64,000 nt of DNA from Haliotis rufescens (taxonomy: Eukaryota), in the NCBI RefSeq assembly GCF_023055435.1, contig NW_025964383.1, positions 13,888,001 through 13,952,000 on the forward strand, read 5' to 3'. Under the pieces are notes generated by a model. That model had not been told where the DNA came from and did no database searches. It saw only the letters and a list, made by a program, of their open reading frames with translations. The first letter of the stretch is position 1. Each line of letters opens with the position of its first letter. This document shows positions 13,509 through 26,944 of this stretch, piece after piece. Position numbers and translations under genes: made by a program.

Positions 13509-13645
13509 GTTGATGACATTGTTGGAAACCACAATGAACACTTAAGATATTTTATACGGGACACAGAGAGCGGAAAGGGTTTGCCGGTGTCTGCAGGGCC
13601 TTTTTAAACCTACATTACACAGCTTCCTGGTAAATGGTGACTAAT
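13509..13645 (+). promoter_or_regulatory. Paralogous conserved non-coding block upstream of TNF copy 1
   Basis: Aligns to 19776-19912 with a 51-bp identical core; both copies lie ~1.8 kb upstream of a TNF ATG. Confidence 0.45.
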
Positions 13646-14980
13646 ATGTCAATATAATAAAATATATATTATCTTCAGAATTTGTTTGTTTTGTTTGTTG
13701 TTCAACGCCGCACTTAGCAATATTCCAGCCATATCAGAGCAGTCTGTAAATTATCGAGTCTGGACCAGACGATCCAGTGATTGACATCATGAGCATCGGT
13801 GTACGCATTTGGGAGAGGTGAGGTGAGGTGGGGTTTAACCTCGCGTCCAAGATTATTGCACTTATATAGCGACGTGCACGTGCACGTGTGTGTGTGTGTG
13901 TAAGTGTGTGTGTGTGTAAGTGTGTGTGTGGGTGTGTGTTGCTGCTTGTACTAGTCCGGACTGATGCCGAGTTATAGTGCTAGCCCACTGAGATACCATG
14001 CCACAGTTTAACATGAATACCCCACTCAGAAACAGTATACTGACTCCGAGCCGACCAGTCCTTGTTTTAGCCCCTTAATGCCGAGCGCCAGACAGGCATT
14101 TGGGAGACGATGACCTGCATCTACCAAGTCATGAGCATGACCACCCGATCCCGTTAGCCACTTCTTACTGTCATCTGATAATAAAGGTACCAAACATGTA
14201 ACAGTATTACCACGATAGTATAATTCACACACAAAATGTGGACTTTAATGTGATATCAAAATTTGATACAATTAACTTATACACATGAAAGCATGACTTA
14301 TTTATCAAACAAACAAATGGATATGTCGTTGTTGGTAAATTGGGCGTGTACAATATGCAATGTCGAAATGTTTTGATGCATAAAAGTGCAAGTGCAAGGG
14401 CAGGTACAACTTTTCAGGACTGGATAAATCACAACATCGTTGATGGAAATAGTGTATTCAAAACATCGAAAGCGGCGCGAACTTGTACTTTAGTCCTCTA
14501 TCAATTTCAAAGGCTGGAACGAAAATACAGCGAAGGCGGAGACTTCTATTTTGAGGCTCTATATATGGTTACTGTTACTGGAAGAGATGTCCCAAAACTC
14601 CCGCCCCCATTCGCGGTCATTACGTTTGGACACGTTTCGTGGCAAGAAAACCCAACACTGCAACTTTAAAAAAAACAATAATACTTCAGGGAATACCTAA
14701 TAACACATGTTTGACCAAAGCTATATATGTAAAACGAAAAAAAAAGGTAAAAAAGACGAAAAGAATGACAGCCGAAATCGTTCCCAAAACGAAGCATCCG
14801 CCACTTGCGTTAAAACGGGTTCTTAGCTTATACATTACTTTACCGTGTCCACAACTTTGTACACTCATTTGTGTACTGAGGGGAATAATCCATGACAGAT
14901 ATTTATTAATTGAACTGCAGCATGGAATCTGAGTGGGCTACCACTATAAAATCGGCATCAGTCCGGACTAGTACAAGAAG

Positions 14981-15028
<48 letters not shown>

Positions 15029-15351
15029 ATTTTGCACGTCGCTAAATAAGTGCAATATCTTGGACGCGACGTTAAACCCCATTTCACATCACCTCACACT
15101 ACTTTTCTCTTCACGTCACATGAGAACAATTACCTACGTGGAACCTCGAGCAATGGCTGCATTATACACTACGCCATGCAATACGGCAATGTGGTGACTA
15201 CTCAAGCGGAGTATTCTTAAACGTGAACACACTCACACTACCAGGAAGTCCTGTTAACGAGGTCACTTAATCTGAACCATCAGTGGTCTATTTACCTCAA
15301 TGTATGTGTAGTTTGCGATATCATTATATCACCCGCAGTCCTATCATTAGC

Positions 15352-18331
15352 ATGGAGCACACGCGCTGTCCGAACCGTGGACACCGAGCTGTCACAACAA
15401 TATGTATACTGACTTTAGTCATGTCAGCAGCATTGAACATACCCCTGATTGTTCTGCTTGTGCTGAATAAAGTCTCTCGCGGTCACAGCAACACTGCAGT
15501 CACAGAAGAAACAAAACACATTGGGCAAGGATCATTGTGTGTTCTCTGTGAAAGGGATAGGAGAGAGGAGCGTTCCTTGCCACCGTCCAAGGATGTAGAT
15601 GTGGTACATCTTCAGGGACGTCGGATGTGCTGTCTGAGACATGCTGGCGGCTTAACACATCTTGTTCAGCTTGTAAGTAAAGTGACAACTGTATTTAAAG
15701 TCATGTATTAGCAGCGAAATTCTATTTGAATTGATTAAAAGAAAGGTAACGTGTAATATCTTGAAACATGGCAAGTTAAATTGAGTGAGCTGCGTTTACG
15801 CTTCGTTGAGTGAATGAGTGAGTATGGTTTTACGCCGCTTAGTGCAATATTCCAGTAAAATCAGAAACGGGCTTCACTCATTGTGTTCATGTGGGGAATC
15901 GAAGGTGGGTGTTTGGCGTGAGCGAACGCTTTAACCACTAAGCTACGCCACCGCCCCAGTTCCGTTGAACAGTTTTTCAGGTGTAACACGGCGTGTCAGC
16001 TCAATGTGGGAGGAAAGTCCGAAGTGATGCAGGTCTCAGACGTTTGACACTTTGGAGAAATCCACATGCACCGGAATAGGGCTGACAAAACTAGAAACAT
16101 GATGAGAGCAAATCTGGAATTCGAATCAACTGTTGTGAAATACAACAGTTACCGATCTCCAACAACACTATTGCCTGATACACTCTCATCAATTTGATTT
16201 TCTTTGAATATTTCAGTGTTAAAAAGTCCAGAAATTGACCTTCCAATGTCACCATTAATGTCTGAAGATTTATTCTGTGAAAAGCATTATTAGAAGACCA
16301 ACTTGATGCAATTGTTACATGTTTAAGTTGTGAGCTTTGACGATCTAATTTATGAGAGAGGAATTGTATCGGTGTAAAATATTTGATTTTAATCAAATTG
16401 GTCCATGCTCGAAATTGGTCCATCAACATTTAAATGTTCTGATACATGGCGTATTTTAATGAGCATCCGTATTACAGATGTCAGGCTACTACTTTGAGCA
16501 TAGAGGATCCAAAACTGACTCGGGCAGGACACGACACTCTCACCAAAACGATGTCCAGCCTTACACTAGGCCCTCTGCCCACCTGTTCCTCGATCAGGGC
16601 GCATTCAAAGGTACGAATAGGTATAGGCCTGTCCAAAGTGTGAGTGAGTGAATGAGGTTTTACGCCGCTTTTAGCAATATTCCAGCAATATCACGGCGGG
16701 GGACACCAGTAATGGGCTTCACACATTGTACCCATGTCGGGGATCGAACCCGGGTCGTCGGCGTGACGAGCGAACGCTTTAACCACCAGGCTACCCGACC
16801 GCCCTGTCCAAATTGTGTTTTGTGGGAGAATGACAAGAGCTCTATAATGTTATTATGTTATTCTGTTTAAACCATAATGTTCCTCTCTGTTGGATAAATG
16901 TTCGTTTAACACTTGCTGTTAGCACTTTAGAATATCAGAGTACAACTCTGGGTACAATGTGTGAAGCGCATTTCTGGTGTCCCCCGCCCTGATATTGCTG
17001 GAACATTGCTAAAAGCGGCGTAAAAACAAACTCACTCACTCACTCAGGGTACAACTCTTTACCATTAATATAGTGTTCCCAGTTGTATTTACGCCGAAGT
17101 TCGGTAGTGTTTGTTTGTTTACTTGTTTGTTGTTTAACGCCGCATTCAGCAATATTATAGCTATATGATGACGGTCTGTAAATAATCGAGTCTGGACAAT
17201 CCAGTGATTGACACCATGAGCATCAATCTACGCAATTGGGATACGATGACATGTCGACAAGCACGGGTTGCTGAAGACCAATTCTAACTTGGATCTTCAC
17301 GGGTCTGTTCTGCAGTGATTTATCCATGCTTGCGGAAAAGAAATTCACGTATACCAGTTCTTTGTTTACGTTTCTAAGATTGTTTTCTTNNNNNNNNNNN
17401 NNNNNNNNNNNNNNNNNNNNNNNNNNNNNNNNNNNNNNNNNNNNNNNNNNNNNNNNNNNNNNNNNNNNNNNNNNNNNNNNNNNNNNNNNNNNNNNNNNNN
17501 NNNNNNNNNNNNNNNNNNTATCATTTTGCAACTCTGAGTTTCACGCACCCATGTTATTGCGTACGATTATCAGGCATAATGAAACATGGTTTTTAGTATG
17601 ACCCTTTTTTTTGCTCGGCTTGAGGGTTTACCATGGCGACAGGTGGAAATGCCTGATGATCGTACGCAATACCATGGGTGCGTGAAACTCAGAGTTGCAA
17701 AATGATATAAGGAAAGTGTATCCAAATCTGTATTTATGTTCTACTTTGTATTGAGCGCTCTCTTCTGCAATTGGATCATACTTGTGGGTATGTATGTATG
17801 TATGTATGTATGTATGTATGTATGTATTAAACGATAAACCAAAAATATAAAATCGAAAAAGCGGACATTTATTTCAGTAGCTGACATTACCATAATTGCC
17901 ATCATCATTTAAATACTGAATATATTGCAGGAACCCATCTTGTCTGGAGCACAAGGCCTGGTTTTGGAACTGCGCATGTAACTGGTGTCATAGTTATGGA
18001 AAATAACTCAATATTCGTACAAAAAGATGGTTTATATTTCGTATATTCCTCTCTGACGTTTACAGTACGTGATGGTGACATCACAAATGGATACGTGACA
18101 TATTCGTTATTACGCCACAATGCACGTTATTCCCCTGTGTCTGATATTTTACTGATAACAAATGTTACTCTTCCTCACAGAGAGAGACTTTTCACTGCAG
18201 CTACCTTAGAGGAAAACTTTTCCTTGCGGCAAGGAGATGTGCTATCCGTCCACCTATCTAACTATTCATATGTTTATCGGTTTTCTTCATCAAATTATTT
18301 TGGTGTTCGTCAGCTTAGCACGAAACTTTAA
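15352..18331 (+). CDS. TNF-superfamily ligand, copy 1 (type II membrane, 3 exons, ~284 aa)
   Basis: Exons 15352-15672 (TM + Cys stalk, donor gtaagt), 16478-16610 (..RPSAHLFLD, THD strand A), 17931-18331 (LVW..GFGTAH, DGLYFVYSSLTF, LRQGDVLSV, NYFGVRQL). 855 nt, phases 0/1 fit. The start ATG is the most plausible one but unproven. Confidence 0.9.
17390..17518. other. Assembly gap (one of seven)
   Basis: N runs at 17390-17518, 32281-32410, 34554-34721, 46681-46817, 52037-52175, 52252-52386 and 52444-52601. Confidence 0.99.
17519..17708. mobile_element. Inverted-repeat (MITE-like) element next to a gap, TNF copy 1 intron 2
   Basis: ~58-bp near-perfect inverted arms (tatcattttgcaactctgagtttcacgcaccc..) around a ~75-bp spacer. 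Confidence 0.6.
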
Positions 18332-19775
18332 TACACAGCTTTGTATATATCCAACGTACAGGAATTATGTCCGAAAAAATGAGAAATAAATAATATTGAA
18401 AAACATACAGCTGTTGTTTTATATATTTCTCTCAGATGATGAAAGTTTGTTTTGTGAAATTGGGTTTATGGTCGTATGCGGCCAAAAAAATAAAAACACT
18501 TGTCACGCAACAAACACTTCCTTCCTTCTGCAAACTGTGGCGGTGCTATCGGTAGGTTTACACCTGATGTCATTATTTGAATTTTAGTGATCCATTCACG
18601 TAAGTTTCACCGCTATTTGCATTTTACGCCCAATGGAATCTGTTTCTGCGGGTAAGGAAGATTGGTTATTCTCTATCGTTGACGGTTCACATTTCTACAC
18701 ACATATGGTAGTTTTTAATAATTTACGACTAGTTTACCAATCTCTCTGGTAAACCTTTTTTCATTTTTTTTGAAATAATTTTAGTTTCAGTAAGTACTGC
18801 TGAACTGGTGCAACAGCGTACTAAAAAAAAGAAACAAAAATAATTGCCACAAAAAGATTACAAAACAGTTCTCAAACTAATCGCAAAAACAGTAAGATAT
18901 TACACCAATATGTTTTGCCAAGAGAAACCCTCTTGGGGATGCCGGCAATGTGATACGTTTATCTTCTGTTATGCAATTGGCAATAATTCAGGAGGCCCGT
19001 GAAGATCCAGTGTAGAATAGGTCTTCAAACACCCATGCTTGTCGTTAAAAGGACACTATGGTTTTCGTAAGAGGAGACTAACGGGATCGGGTGGTCAGGC
19101 TCGCTTACTTGGTTGATGCATGTCATCGATCCCAATTGCGTGGATCGATGCTCATGATGTCAATCACTGGATTGTCTGGTCCAGACTCGATTATTTACAG
19201 ACCGCCGTCATATAGCTGGAATATTGCTGAGTGCGGTGTTAAACAACAAACAAACAATAATTCAGGTACACCAAGGCGGCATGTAAATTATCAAGTCTGG
19301 ATCAGACAAGCCAGTGATCAATTATATCACAGTAAGTTAGGGTTATGACGACCCCGCTTATAACGAACTGACGGATATAACGAACTTTTTAGTTCCGTCT
19401 ATTTGCTGTAGTTATGCTGTATATATGCTTATAACGAAATACGGCTATAACGAGCTAAAAAAGTAGTCCCTTGAGTTCGTTATAACCGTAGTTCGTTATA
19501 ACCGTAGTTTACTGTATTAGATATACTGATCACGCCGTAGCGTGACCCGCTATCAATCAGGTAACTGGGACAGGTTGCAGTGCGTCGATCAACTTTATCG
19601 ACATTTTGTTGACGGGTACTTTCCCTTCACTTGAACAAAGATACCTTATCGCACGACTGTCGTGTTAAACGTATGGGAGGTACAATCATTGTAACGCTAC
19701 TTTAACTTCAGTCCTTCGTCACTGGACACACGCTTCCGTGTTTGTTTTTATATTGTAATAAACTGCTGATATATG

Positions 19776-19912
19776 GTTGATAACATTGTTGAAGACTGCA
19801 ATGAACACTTAAGATATTTTATACGGGACACAGAGAGCGGAAAGGGTTTTCCGGTAACTGCAGGACGTTTTTACCCCTACATTACACAACTACCTGGTTA
19901 ATGGTGACTAAT
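19776..19912 (+). promoter_or_regulatory. Paralogous conserved non-coding block upstream of TNF copy 2
   Basis: Second copy of 13509-13645; contains the Rel-like GGGTTTTCC. Confidence 0.45.
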
Positions 19913-21486
19913 GCTGCCCTAATTCATTACAGGAAGAGATACACATCTATGATAGGTTTTCCAAAACTAGTGTTCCTCTTTTAGTGTATGAAGAGGAAGA
20001 ATACAACTTGTGTGTCAATGCAGGTATTTAAAAACTAATACTCTTTTAACTTGTGAGTCATGTATATCGCGTCAGCCCGTGAGGTGAGGTGAAATCGGGT
20101 TTAATATTTCAAGATTGATGCACTTATATAGCGACGTGCATGTGTGTGCGTGCGCGTGCGTTCATGCGTGTGGGTGCGTGCGTGTGGCTGTTTGTACTAT
20201 TCCGGACTAATACCGGTTTAGTCCACTTAGATACCATGCCGCATGTTTAACATTGATACCCCACTCAAATACAGTATACTGACTCCGAACCGACCAGTCC
20301 CTGCTCGATCCCTTCATACCGTGAGCGACCCGTGAAGATTCCGGGGTAGAACAGGTCTTCAGCAACCCATGCTTGTAAAAGGTGACTATACTTGTCGTAA
20401 AAGGCGACTACCGGGATCGGGTGGTAAGACTCGCTGACTTGGTTGATGCATGGCATCGATCCAAATTGCGGGGATCGATGCTCATGATATTAATCACTGG
20501 ATTGTCTGGTCCAGACTCGATTATTTACAGACCGCCGTCATATAGCTGGAATATTGCTGAGTGCGGCGTTAAACAACGAACCAACCAACCAATTGCAAAC
20601 CTTCATAACCTCCGAGAGCCATGCAGAGAAACAACAAGAACCACTTTTAACGTCTTTTGTTACGACCTTCCGCTCTCCGGAGTAATCGCTATAAATACTG
20701 GTAAGGCTTTTAAATAGTCAGGGGCGGGGGATGCATACACATAGGCGAGGACAGATTTCTATGAACTCGCTGCTTTCTTGTAATTCTTTTCACGGATATG
20801 ATTTACGCCTGAGGCTTTGACGTCGTGATACAAATAAATGAATAGAACCATTTCCATATTCTAAAGAAATCTGTACTAAAAGCAGATTCCATTGTACGAT
20901 TCCGACCCGTAATGGGATAACTTCAGACCTTTGTTTGGCGGAAGCTAAAACTAGGATTTGATTCTAAATAGATTAGGATAGGGCGTTCGCTCGTCACGCC
21001 GAAGACCTGGGTTCGATTCCCGACATGGGTACAATTTGTGAAGCCCATTACTGGTGTTCCTCGCCGTGATATTGCTGGAATATTGCTAAAAGCGGCGTAA
21101 AACAATACTCGCTTTCTCACTAATTAGATTGACTATTAGCATGTGTTTATGAATCACTACTAAATGGCGATTACACTCACGGGTCACGAAAACAATCACA
21201 GTATGCATTTACGAATGCATAGTATTACATATCAACCCGTGTAACTGAACTGCAAATACCCGCATTTATGGTGTCACTTAAAGCCCGGGTTGTGTAGTTA
21301 GTCTCGCCTCGGTCTCTCTATACGCGCTTTGAGGTCAGGCGAGATTCGTATCAAGTAAAGCTCACACAACGAACACAGACAAGACACTGTGCTACTTTGT
21401 ACGTAATCAATATGCGACATGAGTCGTGTAGTTCTGGGAAGCCAGCGTGTGTCTAAAATTATCCCATACAGTTAAAAACCCCGTCA

Positions 21487-21507
21487 ACCAGGATGTAGAT
21501 ATAAATA
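21487..21507 (+). promoter_or_regulatory. Candidate core promoter of TNF copy 2 (ETS-like ACCAGGATGT + TATA box)
   Basis: ACCAGGATGT 21487-21496 and TATAAATA 21500-21507, ~70 bp upstream of ATG 21572. Confidence 0.6.
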
Positions 21508-21571
21508 GACCCACGCAATACAAGGGGAAGTAACTCGCGCTTGACGAGGCACTACAAGCAGGAAACCCACG

Positions 21572-24500
21572 ATGTCTTCCTCTGTCTGTGAGAGGCTTCT
21601 CCCGAATGGATTCGACAGTTTTGGAAGAAAGAAAGTCAAGGTATTTACCACATCACACACCGGGGTCTATCAGCCTGTCGTGTGTCCAGACCCAACGAAG
21701 GGGATCGCCAGAAAACAGAACCAGCGGCCATCAACATGCCTTTGTGTCGTTGTCCTTTTGGTATCAGTGGCTATCAACGTTGCTTTAGTGAGTTGGTACA
21801 TGTACATAAGACTGAACGGGAATACGAACGCCGAGGTTCAGTTTGATGCTGATATGTCTAACTCTATATGCGTGAGGTGCGATTCTCTTCACCTCCCGGA
21901 ACCGGACAATTCGCCGTTAATATCAAAGGTCAAGGTCATAGATCTGGGTCAGAAATCCTCGTTGTGTTGCTTGCAGCATTCCGAACATCTACAAACTCTA
22001 CTCAACCTTGTAAGTATAATATATGCTCGCATCTATGTATATACATTAAGCAGAAGAGGTGAAATGGGGTTTAACGTCGCGTCCAAGATTATTGCACTTA
22101 TATAGCGACGTGCATGTACGTGTGTGTGTTTGTGTGGCTGTTTGTACTAGTCTGGACTGATGCCGATTTATAGTGCTAGCTCACTGAGATACCATGCCGC
22201 AGTTTAACATGAATACCCCTTCAGACACATTTTACTGACTCCGGGCCGACCAGTCCTTGTTTTAGCCCCTTATTGCCGAGCGCCAGACAGGGTAACAACT
22301 TGTACCATCTTTTAACGTCTTTTGGTATGACGCGGCCGGGGATCGAACCCCGGACCTTCCGCTCTCCGGGCGGACGCTCTACCACTAAACCACGGAGGTT
22401 ATATGCATAAGACTATATATGTACACAATGATTTCATATGTAGTATATAAAAAATAATCCAGGTGATCCTGGCTTCGTTTAAAACTTCAAGTAACATTCT
22501 CACTGTTATATTGGACGTAAGGACCGATCATTTGATATTCTAGGGAAGACCTGGGATTTTGCGTGGAGGATGGATATTATTTCAGCTGAAAAAAATCTAA
22601 ATATTGTTATCAGTGAGACATCTTGTTGCAACCTTTCCCACCCCACTCCCACCCGAGAATATATATTGGTCGGTCCCTAAGCCCTAAGGGATATATCAAA
22701 CACGAATGTTCCACTTTCGTTTCGACTGAGAAACTTTGTTGGCCTTGTCATACTCAGTATTCTACTTTCGTTTTATTCACAATTAAATACGTACGCGACT
22801 TGTCATTCTGAGTATTCTACATTCGTTTTATTCAATTAAATACGTACGTGACTTGTTATTGCCATTCTCACTATTCTGCTTTCGTTTTATTCAATTAAAT
22901 ACGTACGTGACATGTCATTGTCATACTCAGTATTCTACTTTCGTTTTATTTAATTAAATACGTACGTGACCTGTCATTGTCATACTCAGTATTCTACTTT
23001 CGTTTTATTAAATTAAATACGTACGTGACTTGTCATTGTTATTCTCACTATTCTGCTTTCGTTTTATTCAATTAAATACGTACGTGACTTGTCGTTGTCA
23101 TTCTAAGTATTCTACTTTAGTTTTATTAATTAAATACGTACGTGACTTGTCGTTATCGTTGTCTGTATATAGCTTCTCCTTTGTCTTTGTTTTGTATTTG
23201 TAAATTCTTTCGTGTATGAAATGTAACTGATCGTGATGTCCCCGTATATAACAGGTTGTAGGGGAGTACTATCACTACAGCCAGAGTGCCACGGGGACAG
23301 AAGCTTTCAGTCTCAGACCCAACAATTCTGCCCATCTTTACCTCGACGTACACAGAAATAAAGGTTTGTCATATGACTGGATTCTTGGACACTGTTTGTG
23401 TTGGAGATGAATAAAAGTCATCTCCATCATCATAAGAACTCTATCTCTGCTAAAAGAACACATTTTTTGTGGCATAATACAGTCAGCATGCATAATCTTG
23501 TTATGTTTGTGGTATAATATACAGTCAGTATGCATAATTACGTTATATTTGTCGTGGGATGGTGCAGATATTATTGATTTCCGTCTTCTTATTCTACAGC
23601 GTTATGATTGGTTTGTTTGTTTGTGGTTTAACGCCACATTCAGCAATATTCCAGCTATATGACGACGGTCTGTAAATGATCGAGTGTAGACCAGACAATC
23701 CAGTGATTGATATCATCAGCATCGATCCACGCAATTGGGATACCATGACATGGATAAACCATGTCGGCGAGCCTGACCACCCGATCCCGTTAGCGTTATG
23801 AAGCCATTTAAAATATGGAAATTCAATTACATGACGATATTCACAAAGGGGTTAAAATGACGTCACTATTGTTTCAACCGCAGATTATTTGCAGCGAATT
23901 CGCTGTTAATTGACCTACTTTCAGCTATGTAAGTGTTGGTTCAAATGCAGCACGGGCATCACAGAAAGAAGTTACAGATTCTCGTTCTTTTTTTAAGTTT
24001 TCGGCAAATCCGATTACGCAGTATTTTGTAACTTTAAAGCTGTATTTGAAATCGGCTAACGTAGTCGTTACTGATATTCGTTACAAATAATGATAGTCGC
24101 CTGTCTCGCTGATTTGAACATTATCCCAAACGGCGAGCCTAATGATGTGAGTTTGATTATTTTTGTTTTGTTTAACGCCGCACCCAGCAATATTTCAGCA
24201 ATAGGGCGATCTGTAGATAATCGAGTCTGGACCAGAAAAATCAGATATTAACATTGACCACCCGATCCCGTTGGTAGCCTCTTACGACAAGCATAGTCGC
24301 CTTTTACGGCAAGCATGAAGACCTCTTCTACCCAGGATATTCACTGGTCCATGGTGTACATGTAAGTATCCAATATAACAGAAATGATAACGATATATCA
24401 GAGCCTTTTTTAATCATTTAATTTTTATTTTTTAATATTACAGCAAATCATCGCTTGACGTGGGTTGTGGACACAGGCTTCGGAACGGCGCACACGACTG

Positions 24501-24829
24501 GTGGCGTGAGATATTCAAACGGTACACTGCGGGTACACCAAGATGGCGTCTACTTCCTGTACTCTCACGTGACCATCTCCCCTGACAACATCACAGATGG
24601 CCTTGACATTGTTCACTGTGTACAAAGGTATAATCCCCACTTGCCGCAGACTGGGAACCAGCTCCTTCTCATCAGTAAGATGTCGCTCAACAACCACGAG
24701 AGGAGAACGAGTTTCTTAGCAGCAAATCTCAAATTGCGACGACACGACGAAATATTCGTGGAATTCTCGGATCCATCGCTCGTGTACAACTTCTCACCAG
24801 CCAGCTATTTCGGGCTGCATCGTCTGTAG
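21572..24829 (+). CDS. TNF-superfamily ligand, copy 2 (3 exons, ~310 aa)
   Basis: Exons 21572-22009, 23255-23363 (..NSAHLYLD), 24444-24829 (LTW..GFGTAH, NGTLRVHQDGVYFLYSHVTI, LRRHDEIFV, SYFGLHRL). 933 nt in frame; TATAAATA at 21500. Confidence 0.93.
22518..22680. mobile_element. Short MITE-like element
   Basis: Ends taaggaccgatcatttgatatt / aatatatattggtcggtccctaa are imperfect TIRs; the same right end occurs at ~62675-62698. Confidence 0.5.
22746..23160. repeat. ~59-bp tandem repeat, ~7 copies, TNF copy 2 intron 1
   Basis: gtcatactcagtattctactttcgttttattcaattaaatacgtacgtgacttgtcatt units. Confidence 0.9.
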
Positions 24830-25369
24830 ATATTTCTTCCATATACCAATAACAAATTGGAACAATGATGTGTTCCTGTATGAGGGTTAGACGATAATAT
24901 TGCCAAGGTACACCAATTAGGGTAAATGAGAAATAATTAACATTGTATGTCGTGTAAGAAATTATTTGTTGATATGGAATCATTATAAACTGTAACTTAA
25001 ACAAATTAACTTAGGCGTAACTGGCAAAATAGCGGAACATATCTCTATCAGTGTTATTCATAAAATGTCAGAAAATAAACTGTTGATGGTATATTTACAT
25101 ACTGTTATTTATTTATTCGACTGTACATTTTTGAAATGTCTCTCCAGATGACAAACGCATCGTAGTTATTGTTAAGTGGTCATGTAGACAATCCCTTTTA
25201 AGGGATAGGGATACAGAGGTTGACATTTCTTCAAACAGTACTTTATATTTCAAACAAGGGAATATGCTCGAGAAGTTTGACTTAAGATTCGGTTATATCG
25301 ATAACCTTATATCGTTCTATAACGGTCAAATAGCCAATTCTTTCCATTGATATACCCACCTCAACTAGA

Positions 25370-25722
25370 GGTGAGGTGAAATGGGGTTTAACGTCGCGTC
25401 CAAGATTATTTCACTTATATAGCGACGTGCATGCACGTGTGTGTGTGTATGTGTGACTGCTTGTACTAGTCCGGACTGATGCCGATTTATAGTGCGAGCT
25501 CACTGAGATACTATGCCGCAGTTTAACATGAATACCCCACTCAGACACAGTATACTGACTCCGAGCCAACCAGTCCTTGTTTTAGCCCATTAATGCCGAG
25601 CGCCAGACAGGGTAACAACAAGTACCATCTTTTAACGTCTTTTGGTATGACGCGGTCGGGGAGGGCACTCCGGACTTTCCGCTCTCCAGGCAGACGCTCT
25701 ACCACTAGACCACGGAGGCGGT
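25370..25722 (-). mobile_element. SINE family C copy inserted into a Penelope-like RT fossil
   Basis: Full-length, 13-bp TSD cacctcaactaga. Confidence 0.9.
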
Positions 25723-26073
25723 CACCTCAACTAGAAATAACGGAGACCAGTGTGACCGTCTCATATGTTCATATTTAGATCTATGAATAAATATTCAAAG
25801 TGGCAAAAAAGCCTTAACAAGTTTGTATGACGAGATTGTTGACTTCAGCCTTCCAATAGTTAACTTCCCCTTTATCTCTCGCAATATTCCAGCAGCTCCA
25901 GCCTTTGGTGATTTATTTCACTATTTGTAAGGTACAATCTAGCATGGTCTTCTAATAAAGAGAAATCAAAGAGCTGTTGCTTTATCAGGGTTCCACCATT
26001 GAAAGCCCGAGTAAAGCTTTTAAAACGTTTTATGGTAAACATGCGGAGGACATTTGTAAATTTGGTGTACATA

Positions 26074-26252
26074 CAGTAAACTACGGTTATAACGAACACG
26101 CTTATAACGAACTGACCGATGTAACGAACTTATTTTGTAGTCCTGTCTATGTGATGTATATATTCTGTATATATGCATATAACGAACTACGGTTATAACG
26201 AACTAATTAAAATAAGGGGTCCCTTTGAGTTCATAATAACCGTAGTTTACTG
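26074..26252. mobile_element. Same MITE family
   Basis: TIR cagtaaactacggttat..ataaccgtagtttactg. A further, more degenerate copy lies at 19330-19514. Confidence 0.85.
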
Positions 26253-26944
26253 TGATGCTATTCCCTATTTCGACTTGTACCATATGCCCGCATTTACTTG
26301 CAATTTTGCGTGCGTTTGTGATTGGCGTGGCCGATTGGGCAGGATACGCTCACCTTTTCGCGAACACCTGGTATCGTCACTATTTGAAAGCGATTCATAA
26401 GGTCATTCTCGTGATATAGATTGAATCGTGCAATTGACTCTGCTCTTGGCAGATATTTCTTATGATCATGGAAAGGGTCAACCAAGTCAGCGAGCCAGAC
26501 CACCCGATATATTGATCATTTTGGTTATGTGTGGGACACAGAAGAGAAAATTATATTTTTGTATTTTTATTTCTCACAATGAGTGTCTAAGACCTGCATC
26601 ACTTCGGGCTTTCCTCCCACATTAAGCTGACACGCCGCGATATAACTGGAATACTGTTAAACGCGGCGTAAAACCCAACTCATTCACTCACACAGTGAGG
26701 ACAAGAGTGTCATATGAACACACAATCAAGCCACGATCATAAACACAATCAACAGAAATGGAAAACCTATATTCAGAATGTATATGTTATGTGTGCTGTA
26801 TTTCATGAAAGATTCATTGTCTCTTTTGAAGAACAGTTAATGAGATAAACGGAAGCAATACTGTTGCTGCCCATACAACGCCTAACAAACATACTCTTGT
26901 CTAAGTGAAATGGTTCAAACTAACCCTGTATTTGTCACGGACCA

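Larger units (their letters stand above)
25230..26470 (+). mobile_element. Degenerate Penelope-like RT fragment plus its 3' non-coding segment
   Basis: Remnants FGYIDNLISF, IYPPQLEITET, LYDEIVDFSLPIVNFPFISRNIPAAPAFG; interrupted by SINE C and a MITE. The downstream ggcaggatacgctcac..gaacacctggtatc segment recurs at ~12600, 29600 and 46120. Confidence 0.7.

Noticed and set aside
17652-17690. Hammerhead-like CTGATGA..GAAA
   Set aside because: Helix II is offset by 4 nt, helices I and III are unconvincing, and the opposite inverted arm reads CTGATAA. The similar word at ~58337 also lacks helix II.
19091-20717. Recurrent short ORFs such as [28 protein letters not shown]
   Set aside because: Translations of retroposon family B copies.
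25100-25120. AU-rich element TTATTTATTTATT after TNF copy 2
   Set aside because: It lies downstream of an AATAAA at 25074 and in AT-rich background, so it may be outside the mRNA.
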